A stretch of 50,097 nt of DNA from a virus (Duplodnaviria > Caudoviricetes): IMG/VR virus record IMGVR_UViG_3300032893_000069, positions 1-50,097 of that record. One strand, written 5' to 3'. Each line of letters opens with the position of its first letter. Position 1 is the first letter of the stretch. The position numbers and the translations under genes were made by a program. Of this stretch, positions 45,931 to 50,097 are shown one piece after another. A model generated the notes under the pieces. It ran no database searches. It was given only the letters and a program-made list of their open reading frames with translations, and was not told the DNA's origin.

Positions 45931-46095
45931 TTAGAGTCCGTATTTTTCTTTTGTTTTGTCTGAGAATTTCTTCGTATCCCGCTGCTGAGCTTGCCAGCGA
46001 GCAGCTTTCACGGGATTAGTGTGGCGGTTCGTTTTTTTGCATGCGTAACGATTGCCGCCAGTCCTACGTGCTTTCTTGCCTGTCATGGTCGCCAT
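45931..46095 (-). CDS. 54-aa basic peptide (not in ORF track)
   Basis: MATMTGKKARRTGGNRY...AARWQAQQRDTKKF...; AAGGAG SD. Confidence 0.45.
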   Translation of the reverse strand: MATMTGKKARRTGGNRYACKKTNRHTNPVKAARWQAQQRDTKKFSDKTKEKYGL

Positions 46096-46118
46096 TTCCG
46101 TTTCTCCTTTTTTTGTGC

Positions 46119-46373
46119 TTACTGTCCCAAACTTTTGAGTGCTGCGTCAATACCCCACAGAATCAGGGCAACGAAGATGCCGGCGAAAACAAACCCGCCG
46201 ATAGCAGAGAATAGCAAACGCTTCCACAGTGGGAACTCCTGCCACAGTTCCCGCGCTGTGCGGTGGCGCAAGTAGAACTGGCGAACCGCTTCGGCGCGTG
46301 CTTCCTCTTCGCGTTCAAGTGCGCGGAGAGCTTCGTCAACGTCAATTCGTGATGGATGGTTTAGGCTTGGCAC
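46119..46373 (-). CDS. small membrane protein
   Basis: C-terminal TM segment LLFSAIGGFVFAGIFVALILWG; GAGG SD. Confidence 0.5.
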   Translation of the reverse strand: MPSLNHPSRIDVDEALRALEREEEARAEAVRQFYLRHRTARELWQEFPLWKRLLFSAIGGFVFAGIFVALILWGIDAALKSLGQ

Positions 46374-46549
46374 GGCGCAATTTCCTCCTTGAGCAGGTTT
46401 TCAGCCATCGTTACAACATAGGCTTTTGCGTGGTTCACCTTGCGCCACGCTGGGGAAGAAACAAGCGGCCCATCTTCATCGGACAGTATCCGCTCGATTC
46501 GTGCGAGATCCTTTGCAGCGGTCATCAGTGCATCATACTCTTGCTTCAT
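46361..46549 (-). CDS. hypothetical protein (paralog of 47956-48144)
   Basis: EYDAL..AA...EDG...SPAW.K. Confidence 0.55.
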   Translation of the reverse strand: MKQEYDALMTAAKDLARIERILSDEDGPLVSSPAWRKVNHAKAYVVTMAENLLKEEIAPCQA

Positions 46550-46664
46550 GTTCAATCCCTCCATGCTTTCAAAGATTCAGCGATCACCGCGCCAGCTGCC
46601 GCCCCTGCTAACGTAGCAAGGACGACAGCCAGCAGAACGACTCCCACACGCCAAGCAACTTGCC

Positions 46665-47234
<570 letters not shown>

Positions 47235-47291
47235 AACTGTTCTCCTTTTTACCAGCCAGCAGAACGACTCCCACACGCCAAGCAACTTGCC

Positions 47292-47861
<570 letters not shown>

Positions 47862-47955
47862 AACTGTTCTCCTTCTCGCCAGTTAATCACGCTGGCGCGT
47901 GGTGTCTGTACTGCGCTCGCCTTGCCTCTCACTCAAGGCGAACCGGGCAGGACAG

Positions 47956-48144
47956 TCACTTCGGTTCTGCCGGATTCAGCAGAAGGGCTGCCTGCTCGGT
48001 AATGTGCTTTTGGACGCGATGCAGTTTAGACCACGCCGGCGAAATGTAACCTGCTCCATCTTCGCGGGAGATCGCTATTTTAATCTGCTCGATCACGCGA
48101 GCTGCATCCACTAACGCTTTGTATTCTGTGAGAGTGTTTGTCAT
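47956..48144 (-). CDS. hypothetical protein (paralog of 46361-46549)
   Basis: EYKAL..AA...EDG...SPAWSK; AAGGAG SD before ATG 48144. Confidence 0.55.
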   Translation of the reverse strand: MTNTLTEYKALVDAARVIEQIKIAISREDGAGYISPAWSKLHRVQKHITEQAALLLNPAEPK

Positions 48145-48248
48145 TCGTTTTTCTCCTTTGTCGGAGCGACTAATCAGGTCGCCCGCTGTGTTTGCCACTA
48201 TTCGCCAGTGGCCAGCGTGTGTCAAGACCCAGTACCGTAAAAACTTGC

Positions 48249-48914
48249 TCAATTCGCTAACAGTTCTAGTTCTAGTGCGGAGAGTGCTGCTCGCACGTTA
48301 GTACCAGAATCTTTTGCAATTCGCTCCCAGTTCAATTCGCCAGGTTTGCCGGTTTCCTTTTGCCATACATCGGCCAGTAGGCCAGCTATTTCGCTACGCA
48401 TACCGTAGCTGGAAAACTCGAGCATCCAACACCTAGAGAGGAAACGCTTTTCTAACTTGGCTTGCAGTTCCTCATTGGTCCAATTTGATGTGAAGATCCA
48501 AATTGTGTTAGGCACGCGATCCGTGGAGTCTAGTTTGCTCAATAGCGCAAGCTGGAAAGCGTTCGAGCATTGGTCTAGTTCATCGCAGAGAACTACGTGG
48601 AACGTGCCATTTTTGGGAACGTACCAGCACATTCTAATCGTATCCTCTAGCGTTTGAATGTTCGCTTTTTGTGAGGGAATTAGGTGCAATTCTCCACCGA
48701 TAGCATCGCAGAGTGCCATTGCCATTGTAGACTTGCCTACGCCAGAGGGACCATAGAATATCCATGCGCCATTTTTAGGAGCACGGGCGAATCCTGAGAG
48801 TATTTTTTTTTGCTTTTCCAAGCCGATAAAATCGGCAATGGCGCGTGGCCGGTATTTTTCGCTCAAAGGTTGCGGAAAGTCTAGCGTGCTTTGTGGAGTA
48901 GGAAAGAGAGACAT
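48249..48914 (-). CDS. clamp-loader-clade AAA+ ATPase (DnaX/RFC/RarA-like, no collar domain)
   Basis: PLSEKYRP...FIG, GPSGVGKST, LCDELD, SRC motif. Confidence 0.85.
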   Translation of the reverse strand: MSLFPTPQSTLDFPQPLSEKYRPRAIADFIGLEKQKKILSGFARAPKNGAWIFYGPSGVGKSTMAMALCDAIGGELHLIPSQKANIQTLEDTIRMCWYVPKNGTFHVVLCDELDQCSNAFQLALLSKLDSTDRVPNTIWIFTSNWTNEELQAKLEKRFLSRCWMLEFSSYGMRSEIAGLLADVWQKETGKPGELNWERIAKDSGTNVRAALSALELELLAN

Positions 48915-49229
48915 TTATATCCCCCTCTCATAGTCAAGCACGCAAATGCGCGTGTTAACTATCCCACAATCGAATGGTTGCAATGGGAGATCAGCAAATT
49001 GCCCTTGATTGTGTTCCTTGACGTATGCTTCATACTTTGCACACTCAAACGCGAGAATGGCTTGCAAATCTTCGTTTGTCGCATTCGCGGACACTTCGCC
49101 GTTGTCATTTACTGAAACCCTCTTCCCGCCTACGCAGTAATCATTTACCAAACGATAGCGAGAAATGAAGCGTACGCTTCCGGGCATACAGTAATGCCCT
49201 TTATAACCGCATGTTTCTCTTTGTTCCAT
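48915..49229 (-). CDS. hypothetical protein
   Basis: GGAG SD; abuts the ATPase gene. Confidence 0.45.
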   Translation of the reverse strand: MEQRETCGYKGHYCMPGSVRFISRYRLVNDYCVGGKRVSVNDNGEVSANATNEDLQAILAFECAKYEAYVKEHNQGQFADLPLQPFDCGIVNTRICVLDYERGI

Positions 49230-49319
49230 TGCCTTTTCTCCGTTTCTCAGGTTAATCAGACCCGAGTTTAGTTTGTACCGCGCTTGCCGTACCGTAGCAC
49301 GGCAAACTAGCAGGACAAT

Positions 49320-49601
49320 CTATTCCCAGTAGACTCCGCCCAACGCGCCACGAACACGTTTCAACCCCATATCGCGCATAACCTGATCTCGTTCGCGGCG
49401 AATCTTGTTAGCGCGTTCCCGTGTTGCCTTTTGGCGCGCATTCTTCAATTCCTCTTTAGATGCCCAGCGGAAAAGATGGCCGCGACCCGGTTCAGCAACT
49501 TGCAACTTGACTAGATGCCCTTCTACTTCGATAGGATCAGCGAACAAAAGCACGGTATCCCCGTTGTATCCATCGGCAAGGCGAATCGTTTGACGTTTCA
49601 T
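49320..49601 (-). CDS. hypothetical protein
   Basis: AGGAG SD; C-terminal MRDMGLKRVRGALGGVYWE. Confidence 0.6.
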   Translation of the reverse strand: MKRQTIRLADGYNGDTVLLFADPIEVEGHLVKLQVAEPGRGHLFRWASKEELKNARQKATRERANKIRRERDQVMRDMGLKRVRGALGGVYWE

Positions 49602-49650
49602 GGTTTGTTTTCTCCTGAGAGTCTAGTCAGATAATCAGTCTGACAAGGCG

Positions 49651-49779
49651 ACAATGCGCCTAGTGGAGTACTGTTGTCAAGTTAAAAACGAGTACTAAGG
49701 CAAAATTGAGAGTACTAGTGCTCAATCTATAAACACTCGCGCCGATGCCTTGCCAAATACGCGCCGATGTGCCTACAAT
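49651..49779. promoter_or_regulatory. divergent promoter pair with three AGTACT boxes
   Basis: Minus strand TTGACA-18-CATTGT (49680-49651); plus strand TTGCCA-18-TACAAT (49750-49779); AGTACT at 49667, 49691 and 49711. Confidence 0.55.
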
Positions 49780-49788
49780 CGCGCTGCA

Positions 49789-49947
49789 ATGCCATATAAG
49801 AGGATAGCAGACAGGCGAGAAGCTACCAGGCGATGCCGCGAGCGAAAGAGAACTGGCCGGAAATCGGCAACACATCGGCAAGAGAATAGATGCGAACTGG
49901 AAAGGCGATTAGAAAGAGGATCGCACTCCGTTAGAATATCGCAATAG
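49789..49947 (+). CDS. 52-aa basic protein (MPYKR...)
   Basis: ATG 9 nt after TACAAT; Arg-rich. Confidence 0.4.
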   Translation: MPYKRIADRREATRRCRERKRTGRKSATHRQENRCELERRLERGSHSVRISQ

Positions 49948-50041
49948 CAGGCGATTAGAGAAGAGAACTAGCGCGAGAATGAAGTAAATGGTTAACGCGA
50001 TTGAGTTTAAGTCTGTAGCTGGCCTCCGGGTGGGTAATCCC

Positions 50042-50071
50042 TTGACAACGAGACTCGCGCCGTGGTAACAT
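50042..50071 (+). promoter_or_regulatory. rightward promoter pointing out of the window
   Basis: TTGACA-18-TAACAT with extended -10 TG. Confidence 0.55.
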
Positions 50072-50097
50072 ACATGCAATCTTAAAACGCATGTATG

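Overview
The window looks like most of a tailed-phage (Caudoviricetes) genome with a short-tailed, P22-like layout. The + strand from ~1.35 to 35.4 kb carries a terminase with an intein, portal, scaffold, decoration protein, HK97-fold major capsid protein (MCP), nozzle and adaptor, three ejection-type proteins, a PurD-like ATP-grasp enzyme and five fibre/spike-like genes. Next comes a complete 1,906-bp IS1595 element (terminal inverted repeats, 8-bp target duplication, DUF3800 cargo). After it are a leftward envelope/lysis-type block and early/accessory genes (DNA MTase, nucleotidyltransferase, HNH and PD-(D/E)xK nucleases, ERF recombinase, clamp-loader-like AAA+ ATPase, a 622-bp tandem duplication). 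I recognised no polymerase, helicase, integrase, TerS, tRNA or CRISPR array. Most unusual: (1) all five fibre/spike genes carry Sec-type signal peptides followed by Gln, and the proteins are Cys-rich, suggesting periplasmic maturation of virion appendages; (2) a Tat-signal protein consists of a copy of the MCP axial domain; (3) a GroES-like protein has a DnaJ-type zinc finger inserted in its mobile loop; (4) a hairpin buries the terminase start codon. All family calls come from motif recognition by eye, with no database search. An Acidobacteriota-like diderm host is only an inference from protein style.
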